Positions 23,326-36,712 of a stretch of 64,000 nucleotides of DNA are shown piece after piece; position 1 is the stretch's first letter; each line of letters starts with the position of its first letter. Origin of the DNA: Callorhinchus milii. Taxonomy: Eukaryota. A program made the translations under genes and the position numbers. Below the pieces are notes generated by a model. It was not told where the DNA came from, did not search any database, and saw only the letters and a program-made list of their open reading frames with translations. The stretch is taken from NCBI RefSeq assembly GCF_018977255.1, contig NW_024704743.1, forward strand, positions 79,548,001-79,612,000, in the 5' to 3' direction.

Positions 23326-24838
23326 ATGTCTATCCTTACCATCTATCATTTCAGCAACCAACTGTTTCTTAAATGAATCCAATATCTTAGCCTAAGTCAC
23401 TGCATTGGTAAGCTAAAGCCCCATCTTTTGACACAAGATAAGGAGGTGACTTCAGGAGCAGTGCTCCTGAATCTCATAGCCTCAGTGCAAAGTGTGCATA
23501 TCACACTGGTTCACTCTTCTACATTCTGTTCATAGCTCCCAGGAACGTTCAACAGCCTGTTATTTAGTGTTACTAACAATCCAATGGTGTTTTCCAGGCC
23601 TGATTCAATGTGATGTAGAGTGGGAAAATCAGCCTCCATATCACCAATACTGAGCGTGAAGCAGCTTTGCTTCTGACAGTCGTATAAATGCAGCATAAAA
23701 ATCCTTAATGGGTTTATTATCCAGCCTAACGTTTAATTTCTCATTTGACAATTCATTCCCAATTATCCATTGAATTGATATGAAAATTAAATTAGTGTTA
23801 ATCCGTTTGCTCCATAGATTTTAAACCCTTAACATCATTAACATACTGCTATAAATCTATTTATTGCCTCACTAGAAAACCCACTGTCTCCTATTTTTTC
23901 TTTCTTCGTGTGCCTCTGCTGGCACTGATTTCCCAATGAAATGATGGCCTTGGGGCTAGCTGCATTTGAAGTGATTCAGTCACTTATTGGAAACAGTGTG
24001 TACAATAAAAGGAGCAAATAAGAAACAGTTAGTTGCGTGTTACATTGAAAATAGCTGGAGGCGTCCACACTGCTTTAAAGAACGCATCAAATGCTATCAA
24101 TAAATTTGCCACTGGCTTTATTAACAGAACAAAAGTCGCCTTATCACCTTATCTCCTGAGTCCTGGGCTGATTATCATATTGGTATCTTTGGTTTGAGAA
24201 TGTAGGCAATTTTTCTGACCTCTTAGTAAATCTATCATATCCTCTGGTTCATAAATCTAGCTGCAGTTATTCAGTAATTCACTGTCTCGGATTCAGATAC
24301 ATAATTTCTGCTCCAATTTAGCACTGAACACATCCCACTCCTTGATGGGAAATTGCCTTAATCATCATGTCAAAGGGCGTCCTATTTTACCACTAACTAA
24401 TTGTTGTATTCTAATTGTCTAGAATGAGGTTCCAGGAGATTAAGTGAATGGGTTCAAGTGATTAAATCTATTACTGGCACAAGTGGGCAGGTGGGGGTGG
24501 CATTATTGCTTTGTTTAGCTTAAATATTAACTGTGAATAAAGCCCCCAAACTGAAGATGTCAGTGTCGTCCACTGCCAAGGGTTTGCAGACTGAGCTATC
24601 CTTTTGTTAGTTGTACTGGGGGGAAGCTGATTAATGTTTGTCTGCTGCCACCATAAGTCCAATACACACACACACCAAAAGAACAAACTCTAATCCTAAT
24701 TGGCTTTTGAAGAGAAATCATATCCGTACGCCACAGACAGGTGAATCTGAATTTTGGGAGGAATACCGACCAGGTAATCAAGACTACCACTCCCTACTTT
24801 TTTTCAGAGGAGTGATACTGTTCTGGGGGGAAGAACAG

Positions 24839-24930
24839 AGGTAAAAATTCCGTTCCGCTTTAGTTGCCAACCTATAATGGGAATTTCCATTATAGTCGTG
24901 CACAAGTAAAGCTAAAAGAAATTTTACTCA
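24839..24930. repeat. About 90-bp imperfect palindrome (MITE-like)
   Basis: Outer arms gtaaaaattc..gcttta / taaagc..gaaattttac; central ctataatggga-at-ttccattatag. Confidence 0.55.
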
Positions 24931-25699
24931 AGGGCTCCCAGCTCAGGTGCCCAACCCACTGTGTGAATCCCTTTGAGCCATCCTCTCCATGTGAAATGCA
25001 CTGTATAAATTGTATTGTATTGTAAATATTGTGTTTAACACCAAGAAAATATAAATATGGTGCTATGCTTTTTTATATTGAACCAAAGTGAAGGGTTAAA
25101 TAATGCCCATCGTGCAGAATAACACTAGCACACTGACAAGTAGCAGAGGAATCAAGAGAAGTGGCCTGGAGCATTTGACATATGAGACCAATCAGCTAAC
25201 TCATTGAATCAATGTGGATCAATATACAATACAAATTACAACACAAAATTTACATATTTATAGCGCCTTTCACATCAGGAAGATGCACCAATATCATTAG
25301 ACAGGTAAAAATATCAATAATACCTGAACATGGCTAAAGATCTCAATGACTAAAGGGGAACCTCATTCACTGCTCATTCATTCTCCAACTCAGTGGTCCG
25401 AAACTGAGTACATTCAGCGTCCTATATACACAGTTGTTAATGTGATTGGATTTAATAGTCACAGTGGAAAAAACAATGGTATAATAATGTTCTTCCTCTA
25501 GAGATCTTTAGCTTGCTTGGTAAATACTATACTATGACATAGGTGTGAAAATGAGAATTTTCATAACACGACACAGTGAAATAAATCGACACAGTGGTTT
25601 AATCCAAAGCCTCTTTTGTTTGAGCGCTCAGTGAAAGCAAGTCAAGAATCATGGGCCTGGAGGCAGGGTTTGAGTACTGCTTCACAGGACCCTTGAGTG

Positions 25700-25985
25700 C
25701 TACTTCAGTTGTTAGCTTCTGTCTCTGAATAAAAATGTTGTGGGTTCAAGCCCCCAAGTTGAACTTTCAACTCATAGGGGTTCAGGCTGACACTCAAATG
25801 CAGTGGTGAGGGAATGCTGGATTGTCCTTCGGATGAGTCCTTAAGCTGTCTGTTCAGCTGGACATTAAATATCTAACTTCAAAAAGAGATGGGAGTTTCT
25901 CCCAGGTTCCTGGCCAACAATCCCCCAGATAAAATTGTGGGACAATGCAGTGTGCAAATTGGCTGTCACATTCTCTTTCAAAATG
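25700..25985 (+). mobile_element. Deu-domain SINE, tail missing
   Basis: tgttgtgggttcaagcccc..caggctgacactc..gtccttcggatgag..gagtttctcccaggttcctggccaac. Confidence 0.78.
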
Positions 25986-26364
25986 CAGGTAAAATCGTCA
26001 GTCTGGTTACCTCGGGCACAAACGTGTAATGAAGTTTGATTTTTACTGACATCGCTCCTTTACTTCATATCCATCTATCCACATGAGAATGATAGACATG
26101 CAATGTTCCACTGTTATAATAATCTTAGCAATAAACAGTACATTTGAAATACCGCCTTTCGAGTCAGGAAACGTGTCAAAATGTTACTGTAAAGAATTAC
26201 TGGAAAGTGTAGTAAGTTGATATTTTGCAGGCAAATATATTTTGTAGTTAACGCAGCATCTCACACATTAGTTGACTGCCATGAAGATTTTCTAAACCAT
26301 GATTGATTTTTCATAAATGTTTGTTTCCATTACTGAGAAATTCTGTAAGAAATGTGTTGAAAAA

Positions 26365-26727
26365 TAATAATCCTTATAATAATAATCCTTGATTTTGATA
26401 TAGAGCCTTATCACGTCATTGAGATGTCTCAAAGCGCTTCACAGGATATACTGTAAAGTGGTATGTCTGTGTATTTTGTGGGCAAAATGCAGCAGACAGT
26501 TTTGCACACAGCAATATTCCACAAACAACCATGGAGTAAGTCACCAATTTATTTAGGGGATTTGTTGGCCAAGACATCAGGAGAAATCACTTCGCTTCTC
26601 GTTTCGAATAGTACCATGGGATCTTTAATATCCACGTGAACAGGCAAACCTTGGTTTAATGTCTCATCCGAAGTAAGGCACCTTCGACAATGCAACACAC
26701 CCTCAGGTCTGCACTGCAGTGTCAGCT
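26365..26727 (-). mobile_element. Deu-domain SINE
   Basis: (TAA)n tail and ccatgggatctttaatatccac..ccttggtttaatgtctcatccgaa. Confidence 0.85.
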
Positions 26728-27444
26728 ATGCGATTGCAAGTCCAACATGTCTGAAATACACTGAGAATTTTACCAAGTAAAGGAAATGAATAGTTTTAAA
26801 AGCACAGTTGGCTATTGTAAATGGATACCACACTTATAGAAAAAGCAGGATTAGCTAATGAAGAAATAAAATGCTCAACTATGACAGGAGGTGTCATGTG
26901 CGAAAATCTGTTACAAAACTGAAATTCCATTTTGATCTGTGTTTCCATAAACATCTTAAATGAATGAAATGTCAATTACTCCCAACTGTTTGGCTCACTC
27001 TCCACAAAAGACTGCATCAGCTACACTTTGGGAAGCCTTTTCAAAACATTCAATCTCTCTAACCCAGTTTTAATAACCTTCATTGAAGATTGCCAACTCT
27101 TTCTCCCATGTGGGAACGCCGTTAATCCCTAAACTCCTGACATTACAAAACTGTTCTCTGCTGGCTTAAGTGTGTATTCAGTGATCTTCAGAGACTTGGA
27201 AGAATTTCTTGGAGTAAAAGCCCTTAAAGTACTTGAATATGAAACCTGTATTTACTTATTCTGGTGTCTAAATTGTGGTGATACCCAACAGCAGTCATTA
27301 ATAATCACTGTGGGCTGCCATAGTGGCACATTTCAGTAGCACATTACACCAAACTCCACTCTGACAGTCTATCTCTGCAGTAGAATTCCCATGATGTACT
27401 TTCAGTCACTCTTTACCAATCCTGTTAGGAGTCAACAAAAGACA

Positions 27445-27790
27445 GCAATTTTATATTATATAGCTCCATTCATGTCAAGTAGGATGTCTCAAAGTGTTTG
27501 ACAGAGCCGACAGCGAACCAGAGCTGTGTGTTGGAACTCGGTGGGGAAGCTCGCAATGGTGGGGAGAAAGGTGACTGAAAGTGTGCTCAAAAAGAAAGGT
27601 TTTTAAAGGCAAGCTTTAAAGGTGGGAAGGGAGGGAATGAGGTGGAGGGACTCACAAACTGGCTGCTGCATTTGCCTACAAAATACACAGTCACTAGATT
27701 TTTAGTAAATCCTGTGAAGCACTTTAAAACGTCTTCCTGACGTGAAGGGTGCTATATCAATTGTAATTATTAATTTTATTATCATTATTA
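27445..27790. mobile_element. L2 tail (-, to about 27650) fused to a SINE 3' part (+)
   Basis: aaagaaaggtttttaaagg..gagggaatgaggtggaggga, then ggctgctgcatttgcctacaaaatacacag..gacgtgaagggtgctat. Confidence 0.65.
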
Positions 27791-28839
27791 GTATGGTGTT
27801 CCTACCAATTCCAGGTGACAACTTCTGGGGAACTTCATAAATCTAAAGCTACACATATCACTGCTATTCCTGCATAACTCTACATTCAGAAGAGTTAGAG
27901 GTCCAAGCTTCCCAGTGTTGAAGAAATAGCATTACCAATATTGCTAAATTTGTTTTTGTTTGTGAAAAATGTTACGTAGCTCTCCTACTATTCCCTCTAG
28001 CTGCATCTAATCTGAGCCTTGGAGTCTATGCTGTAACACGACGGTTATAAATTCCAGTGCTAACATTGATTCTCTGCAGATAAGAGCAATGTGAGGCATT
28101 CTTCCTAATTGTTACTTGTGAACAGATAATTGCATCCTGCACCAAGAGTAATACACTGTGGCATTTGTGACGAGCAGGTTATGACCCTTGACTCTCTGCC
28201 CTGTCTACAATACGCCTTCTAATTGAACTGATGAAAAGCAAATGAATATGTCACTGTTTGTCAAGCTGTTTAACGCTGGTCTCCAATGCATTGGAGTGAT
28301 ATCTGGCAGAACATTTCAACACAGATATGTAACCAATGATCAGTTACAAGAGTGCACTCCATTTATCCGACGGATTTCATTTAATGTATTTCAAAGAATA
28401 CGATTTTGTTGCACTGACAAAAAATAAATAAATTTGTTATGCTTTCTACACACAGAGGTCTGGCACAATGTTTGCCTTCAATAACATTGAATGCATTATG
28501 AATAGGCTTGCTGGTTTCCTACTTTAATCAGTAAAAATCAGTATGTGTCAGTTTTCCAATTTTCTCCAGGTTTCATTTGAAATTAATTCCCGACTTACAT
28601 AAGATTGCAAAGACTAACCCGTCCTCACGCATATCATGTTCAGGGAGCAGCATCAGCTTGCACGTAGAGTGCAAACAACCAAGAAATGAATGATGGATTC
28701 ATATTAAGACTGTCTTCAGCCCCAATCTGCACATCTTTGTATTGAATGGTAGCCCATCTCTTAAATAGCTTCTGCAAGAGATCTGCTGATTCTTATTCTG
28801 CACCTCTTTCCTCTATCCTCTCTTCTAGCATGAAAGAGA

Positions 28840-29046
28840 CTTTAAACCAAGATCCGATTTGCAGGTACTTCAGGTGGATGTTAAAAATCCGATGAATTAA
28901 TTCGAAAAGATAACTTTTCTCCTGTTTTTCTGATCAACAATTTTCCTGATAAATTGTTCTTAGATCAAATACGGCTGTTTTGGGGACCTTGCTGTGTGCA
29001 AACTGGCTGACGCACTTACTGCCGAAAAGACTGTCGCTACACTTCA
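28840..29046 (+). mobile_element. Deu-domain SINE fragment
   Basis: ttaaaccaag..caggtggatgttaaaaatcc..ggctgtttt..ttgctgtgtgcaaactggctg. Confidence 0.7.
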
Positions 29047-29062
29047 TGGCAATACACTTTTA

Positions 29063-29200
29063 GTCAGCCGGGTGCCTGACACATGAGGAAACCTATCACC
29101 ATACTTAAGAGCATCTAAACTAAACTGAGAATTCCATCCTTTGTTTGGATACTCTTAAGCATGGTGATGGGTTTCCGCCTGTGTCAGACACCGCCTGACC
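29063..29200. mobile_element. Internally deleted TIR element (both TIRs with a short spacer)
   Basis: gtcagccgggtgcctgacacatgaggaaacctatcaccatacttaagagcatctaaac ... gtttggatactcttaagcatggtgatgggtttccgcctgtgtcagacaccgcctgac. Confidence 0.85.
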
Positions 29201-29999
29201 AAAAAAACCTTTCCCTTGATGATATGATCACTAAGCTGAATGCAGTAAAACATAATTTTACCCAAATGCCATTTATCCACACACCCAATTATTTTTATAG
29301 TGACCCTATAATGGATGTTTGTTTAATTACAAACCATGTAAACTATAATTGATGCAAGGCTTGTGACCTTTTCTATCAATGTAGATCAGACCCAACGGAT
29401 CCTCACAGGAATGCTGCTGTGTGTTTTGACAGTAAAAGAAGCTTACGGGCATGTTAATATTCCCATGCTTTGCTCACGTGTGTTGGAAATGTAAGTGTGA
29501 ACCAAGGCGTGGGAATGTTAGCCTGCCTGCCTCAGATCCTTATGCCCTATATCTGTCCCCTTTCTTAATAAATTGAGTCCAGCGTGGAATTTTAATCAGC
29601 TTCCACGTCAACAACATCTTCCCCATCAGCGGTACTCTTGTCAGTGCAGTGAGGTCTGCTTAAAGTCAATTCCAATCAGTCAAAGAAACAAGCATTCTAG
29701 AGTGGCGTTTGATCTGAAGCGGCCTGATTGAGAAGGAGAACAGCCACCAGATTACAAGGAATTCCAGGGGTTAATAAACGTAAGTGAAAAAAAACCTTAA
29801 AAGTCTATTTCCAATTGCTATTTCTAATTTGAATACACTCTTTCAAGGAGTTTTGTAGGGAACATTTCCCTGTTATTACAATGGTGAGGTAGGGGACGTG
29901 CAAAAGGCTGATTTAGCGGAGGGAAGTGAATGAGTGGGGTAGTGGGAATGCAGGAGATCAAATGATTTACCACACTATTGACAGCTTAGCTTTTATACA

Positions 30000-30203
30000 T
30001 TTTGCACCCGCTCTCTGGACCTATCTCTCCCTTCCTCTCTATTTTCAAAATCTTTCTGAAAACCTACTTCTTCAATTGCACCTTTGATGACCAACCTCTT
30101 AACCCTTCCCTGCCATCTCTCATTCAGTTCTCACTTTGTTGCTGAAACATTTGGAGACATTATCCTACAAGAAAGGTGCTATACAAGTGCAAATTGTTGT
30201 TGC
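30000..30203 (+). mobile_element. Old L2 3' end
   Basis: ctctctgga..ctgaaaacctacttcttc..aaaggtgctatacaagtgcaaattgttgttg. Confidence 0.65.
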
Positions 30204-30583
30204 TATGAGCCTTATTGTGGTTTATCTTGATAGCTGAATATCTAAATAATTATTTAATTGTTTTGTTCTCTATATAGTGTTGGTCCCTTCTTATCTCCAT
30301 TTGGGTTACAGAGATGCGCATGAAGCACACAGAAAGTCATAGTGCCAACATGCCATAGAAGCAGCATATGTCAGTCAATTCAGAGTAGTAAACTGCTTGA
30401 AAAGAAGCCGGTGGCTATAACAATGCTTCCAGATCAATGCTACATCTAAAATGATTCAGAGAAACCCTTTTTACACAAGAAACACAGGGGGAAACAGTGA
30501 GGAGTCTGAATAATAATAATCCTTACATGTGATATAGTGCCTTATCACATGTTTGAGACATCTCCAAAACGTGAAAGGCGCAA

Positions 30584-30622
30584 TCTGAACTCAGTATAAG
30601 AATATCTTATATTGAGTTCAGA
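30584..30622. repeat. 18-bp-arm hairpin
   Basis: tctgaactcagtataaga-ata-tcttatattgagttcaga, 17 of 18 Watson-Crick pairs plus one G-T. Confidence 0.85.
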
Positions 30623-32074
30623 CTCTCGACTCAAAGTTATAGAAAAGTTATCAATACACAGCTACAATAAAACAAGGACCAGCTCTTAAGTCTGTCATAA
30701 TAACTGAGGCAAAGAAATCCATACCCAATGAAAACAGCTTTGAACAGCTGACTGAAACAATGTAAGGGATCTCTTTGAAAACCATTATTTTACCAGGCAA
30801 ATGAGTGACTTTTTGAGACAGCTGCAATATGTTCCTCCTCCATTTGTGTGTTTCTCAGCTGTATTTGGATCCAACTTTTCCACAAAACACCAAGGCTGTT
30901 TTCATGTCAGTTGTAACTGTGAAAATTCCCAGGCAGCAGCAGGATAAGCGGGAGCCCCAGAGGGACACAGACATGCTTTCTTCGAGTCCGGAGAATGAGT
31001 GAATTGTGGCGGCTTGAGTTCCCACTGTTTTACGAAAAGCAACAACTGGGGCCTTCTGAAAACTAAGTCTTTTTTTTCAAATCCACCCCTGGACTTCCTG
31101 TGCCAATCACACAAAGAGTTAACCTAGCAGGTGGAATGAATATAAGTCAGCAGAAACCGAAATGGCACATCTGGGAAATGTTTGTTCGAAATCGCAGCGA
31201 CTGACAATAAAACGTTTGCAAATTAAACCATAACAAAGATTCAATCTTAAAAAAACATGCCATTCATTTCCTATAATTTGATACTTTTTTCTTTGTGATT
31301 TTTACTTATTGCTTCTTAGTGAAAATAAAAAATGTCCCGATTACAGGCCAAATGTGGATGCCTTGATCCAAAGTTGGCAAAATAAAATTTTAAAAGTATA
31401 TATTAGAAAAATAACATAGTGGCTTATTCCATAGTTGCACAAAATAATTTCCCTTTGTAGCAAATTTTAAATTGAATGTATTGGTAAGATTAAATTGTTG
31501 TTCATTGCAAGCAGTACATTTCTGTATTTCTGGTCTCATTGTAGATCACAGCACAGAAGGAGGCCATTCGACCCATCTTGCCTGTGGTGGATCATTTTAC
31601 TTTGAAAAATATTTGCCAAAAATACCCGCAGCATTTTTAGACAGTTACAGAATTTTTTTAAGGGGTTGCTAAGTAAGCATTAAGGAAGCCAAAAATTATT
31701 TTAATTATATGCTATGAAAATTTAGCAGGGAACTATAGCAAACTGAGTTTTTTCACAATTGAACAACATGAAACTAGAATACTCAAATGAAAACATGAAG
31801 CAAGTCAACAGATTGTCTTCTGATATGTAGTCTAATTCTCTAACCCTGGTTTTCCCATTGGATAAACCTACTTATTTCGCTAAGTATTCTCAATAGAAAT
31901 ATATTTATGTTTCATTGATCTTTTAGGAAATGTATTCATTGAGGGGTATTCATTGATGGGAAACATCTGAAACAGGGGAAGGATTGAAATTAGCACATTT
32001 ATCTTTATTGTGCTAACTCTTTGTTGTAGTGAAATAGTGGTTTGTCCCTCACTGAAGCCTGCAAATAAATAATA

Positions 32075-32655
32075 CAATATAATCCTTGCATTTGATATAG
32101 TGACTTTATCACATCATCGAAACATTTCAAAGTGCTTCACAGTACAATATTTTTCACACAGTATTATTCCACAGGGCAGGGCAAACGTTGGGCAAGTTTC
32201 CTTACTCCACACACCTGATAATAATCCCTCAAGATAAAAAAAAATAATAAATTGGTCACTTCAATCCACGACTGTTTGTGGGACACTGCTTGTGACAATT
32301 GGCTGCTGCACTTCGTCCACAAATATACAGTTAATTCACTTTACAGTCTATTCTGTGAAGCGCTTTGAGATGTTTAGAAGTCGTGAAAAGCGCTATATCA
32401 AGTGCAAGGATTATTACTATGATTATTATTATTATTATTACAAACAGCCATGAAATTAATCACCAATTTAACCAGAGGATTGTTGGCCAGGACATGTGGA
32501 GAAACTTTCTTCTTTTTTTGACTAGTGCAATGCGATCTTTAACATCCACCTGAACAAGCAGATTGGACCGTGGTTTAATGTTTCATCCAAAGGGTGGCAC
32601 CTCTGATAATGCAGCACACCTCCAGTATTGCATTGGAGTGTTAGCTTAGACTATG
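32075..32655. mobile_element. Young tRNA-SINE (+, 32172-32438) nested inside an older Deu-SINE (-)
   Basis: Old tail at 32075-32145 and old body at 32438-32655 flank the plus-strand copy. Confidence 0.78.
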
Positions 32656-35309
32656 TGTGTTGTGGAGCAATAGTCAGTGAAGGGTCAGCAGGCTATGGCT
32701 AATTGTGATATGTGGACTGCAGACCTTACTGGACCTGCTTTCCATCTGACCATGGCTTAAACCTTGGATGGATGTTGTTCGCCAAAGAACATTATGAAAC
32801 TTAAATCAATGCTATATGCTTTGACTCTCAAACAACTGTGCGGAAATATTCACAAAACACACATGCACTACACTTTACGTTATACTGACATGAAAGGTGA
32901 TATACCAAATGTAAGAAGTATTATTACTGAAAACTATCTGCCAAAGAAAGTCCTTCTGCCATTGGGAGAGCACTGCCTTCTAAAGCACTGTACTTTAAAG
33001 CAACGTGCTTAGTTCAGCATCAAAGCAATTATTTATGAAGTTTTGTAATGTGGTTTGAAGTCCTTACCTCTTTTGTTGATCATGCAATTTCTTGGGTCCC
33101 TTCATGGTCTGAATGTATTATACTTAAGAGTTTTAAGAAAATCCTATGGAAACAGCGAGTTGAACTGCCAAATACAATTGAAATTTGGGATTTGATTTGA
33201 AAGTTATCCAACAGATCCCAATGCCCACATTCATTCATTCTGTTACTTTCTGGGCCCAAAGGAGTTGGTTCAAGCCAGAGTTTTGTCATTGGAATTAAGG
33301 AATTGAATAAGAAACTCAGCCAGGATTCACCATGTGGATACCAAGGGTAAGCTACAGTTTATGGAATTCTGACAATATGACAATAATATACTTTGGAAGA
33401 GCTCATGACAATAAGAAATAGCTCATGATGTTAACAAAATCTGATACCACATTTAGCCTGTACTAAATGTTCTTAAGATGACCTCCTAACATGGCTTCGG
33501 AGACCACTTTCAGGCAGCAATGAAAGTGGAGTAAAGAGATAATGGTGACCAGTTTAAGGATATAATTAAAAGATCAATATTTTCTAATTAAAACTTCATA
33601 TCTACATTATTCAAGATAAACTTTATGTTGTCTTCAAGGTGAAAAATGCATGATAATAGAGCATCTCCTGATTTTTCCAATTCAAATGTCAAAATCAAAC
33701 ACTCCAAGGTGCACTCCAAGTGCAATGTGAATCTCCTTCCAACTTAAAAGAGTGAAGCTGGTTGATGACAAAGAGACAGTTTATGGGAGGTGGCTGCTGT
33801 AGGATTGTGCCATTTCATAGCAAGTCCACAAACATCAGATTTATTCAGCTGTGCAGCAATTTAAAGTTACAATCCCACTATCTAGCACATTTGTATGCAT
33901 CTTTTGGGTATAAGTGATCTAAGTGCCAAATTGCCCAACTCCCTTAAATGCCTCTCTGTGTGTGCAAGTAATACACTTATAACCTAAGAACACTTGGACT
34001 AGTTTAGAAATATTCAGACCAGAAGTGATACAGGCCAAATAGTACAGCCACATGTCTGCTTGAGCAAAAGGGCAACAAGTTTCACTGGAAATTGCGCCGA
34101 CAGGGGGAACTGATATTGCAACAGCATTGCATTGGGAACTTCTAATGCCATCATCTTCTCAAGATAGTGCATCCATGCATTAACCTCTGCGGTATTGGTA
34201 GGTCTTCACAGCTGTGATACAGAGCTGTTACTGACTTTTTCTCTAAGGGACTCATGCACACAAATGCAGAGGGGATCCCAATGCACGAGCAGTAGACAGA
34301 CCCAGGAAGCAGCATCAGAACAAAGGTTTTTGCTATTCTTTTAGTAAGAAGAAAAGAACCCAGTGAAGAAGAAAGGTTTGACATACATTCCTAACACCCA
34401 AGGCTTCACGAAGTGGAACAAGTTGATAGATGATAGATGACAAACTACTTGCAACAAAGTTCTGAAACAACATCCCATTGTCTGCAGTGTCGGTTCAAAA
34501 AGACATTTGGTAGTTGATACAATATTTTAAATCAGGAGAAAAGGTCAAAGGCAGATGATGTTTCAGGCAATGAAGGTTTCATTACACGATGACCCCTGTC
34601 AAACGTCAGAAATGTCTTGTTCCTGACCCCTGGGGCCAGTTGTCAAACCTCCTGGAGTCAGAGGGAAAAGGTAGTGTTGCGATATTCTTTCAACAAGTAC
34701 TGGTCGTATGCAGACACACATTTATTGTTATGTTCCCACGCAAGATATTTCATACATCATCTTTTTTTGTCACACTTGCATTGTCCAGGAGTGGATGCTT
34801 CACTGCTTGGCGACAAAGTGCGTAACATAGATTATTATTTATTCAACACTGGCCCCATGCATAGTGCAATTTCCTTACTTTCTCTTTATAACATAGCGTA
34901 AGTATTTACCATTTAGGCTCAGAGCATGGTATTCAGATAGTCCTATAAATAGCAGGGAGGCTGCCCCTATTTCCACTCCCCTTCCCTTTAAGCAGCAATG
35001 GATTATAGTCTATTGCCACTGGGAACGGCTCATGGTTTGGGTAAGTGGTGGTGTTGGAATGCCACGTAGGCCTCAGAATGGCATTATACTAAGTGTTTTG
35101 ATGTTGCTCTGCATTAGCATTTCTTATTTAGTGAAAATGGGAGCAACCACTGAATGTAACTAGATGTCCAACTCTCTGACCAGTGGGAAATCTGTAAATA
35201 TATTGCATCAAATTGCTGCGGGGTTCTGTGATGAGCATCTGGTTACCGTCAGGGCATCTATTTGCATCTTTCTGGTAAGAATATTGTGTTCTAAACCCCA
35301 ATGTCACCC

Positions 35310-35487
35310 TTTGGTCACTAAATCCACGACTTTTGTGGGACGCTGCTGTGTGCAATTGGCAGCCGCATTTCGCCCACAAAATATACAGTCAAATCACTTT
35401 ACAGTATATTCTGTGAAGAGCTTTGAGATGTCTCAAAGATGTGATAAGGCGCTATATCAAATGCAAGGAATATTATTATTATTATTC
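35310..35487 (+). mobile_element. SINE 3' half
   Basis: ttggtcactaaatccacgac..gatgtgataaggcgctatatcaaatgcaagg followed by (TTA)n. Confidence 0.88.
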
Positions 35488-36299
35488 TAATCTAGAGAGT
35501 ATTACAATGTAATCGAACGGGTAAGGGGTTGGGGTGCTAATTGGGATTTAAACTGTTCCTCCAGTTTTCCAATAGGAGGGGAATGTTTATTATTATTAAT
35601 AATAATAGTTATATTTGATATAGAGCCTTTCACTTCAGGAGGATGTCTCAAAGTGCTTCATAGGATTCAGTGTAAAGTGCAGTGATTGCATTTTGTAGGC
35701 AAGTATCCCTTGATGTAGCAATGGGATGCGTGACTGATGTGTTCCTTTCTGGTGCTCCAGGCCTTGAAAGATCATAGACATTTACCTACTTATACAGACG
35801 CATTTCATGATCTGAAAATTCAAAAAGAAAGTGGTCCATGAAAGCCATTCACAAAGGAAAATTAGTAAAAAGCAGCACAGCAGTTTAGTTGCCTGCCTTT
35901 GGGCCAAAAAATAGTACATTGCACAATGGGAGTAAAGAAGGGGGAAATTTTCTGAGCATGACATTACTGTACTTTCATTCATTTTATGTCACTAACAAAA
36001 ATATACGTGGTTAAATGTAACACCTGTCAAAATCAAACAAATGTTAATTTTGCATAGGTTTTGCTGAAAGATGCAGGACCATATGACCTTTTTATGAACA
36101 TTTTCCTATCTTTTACAGTTCATTGACTTGCGGCAGTATTCTATCATGTTAGATACCACTAATGACTATTATTTCAGCTGATTGAAAAGTGGCCTTGTTT
36201 AATGCAAGCAGTATATGTGTCGGCAGCATATGTGTCAATGTGGGTTATAATAGTTGAACCAGTGTTTGTACATGCACGTTTTAGCAAGGGCAGATAGGG

Positions 36300-36488
36300 T
36301 AGAGGGATGTCACTGGTGAGCGCTCCAGAGCAGGATCCCTGACTGATTTTCTTTCTCCCTTCCTTAACCCTGAGATGCTGAGTCAGGTTGTAGCATCCAA
36401 ATTGCTGCAAACTCAGCACAGATAAATATCATAGAGATCCAAGTCAGTCTCTCCCTTATCACTGTGAGTTTATAACAATGAGCCACTG
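36300..36488 (-). mobile_element. Ancient SINE-like repeat (related pieces at about 47940-48145 and 60420-60570)
   Basis: Shared (g)ctgatttt..ccctt(a)..ccc..g..ctgag..ttgtagc..aactcagcacag segments among the three sites. Confidence 0.45.
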
Positions 36489-36712
36489 TACATCTTACAA
36501 TGATGAACATTGGGATATAGGTTGAATGTGGCATATCTGTGAACTGGAATTTTGTGTTTACACACTTGCAGTTTTTCTCTGTTGGTGAATCTGAATCAAA
36601 GCTGCTTTCTCTATAAAGTGTCTCTGCTCCCTTAAGCCACTGCTGTTCAACTTTATAGGGCTACAATTCCTTGTTTTTTTGCCTCGGAACATTTTTTGAG
36701 GAGCTTAAAGTT

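Noticed and set aside
34100..34900. Exon or pseudogene in a repeat-free block
   Set aside because: The frames I translated are short or broken with no recognisable motif; only an isolated DR1-like site at 34542
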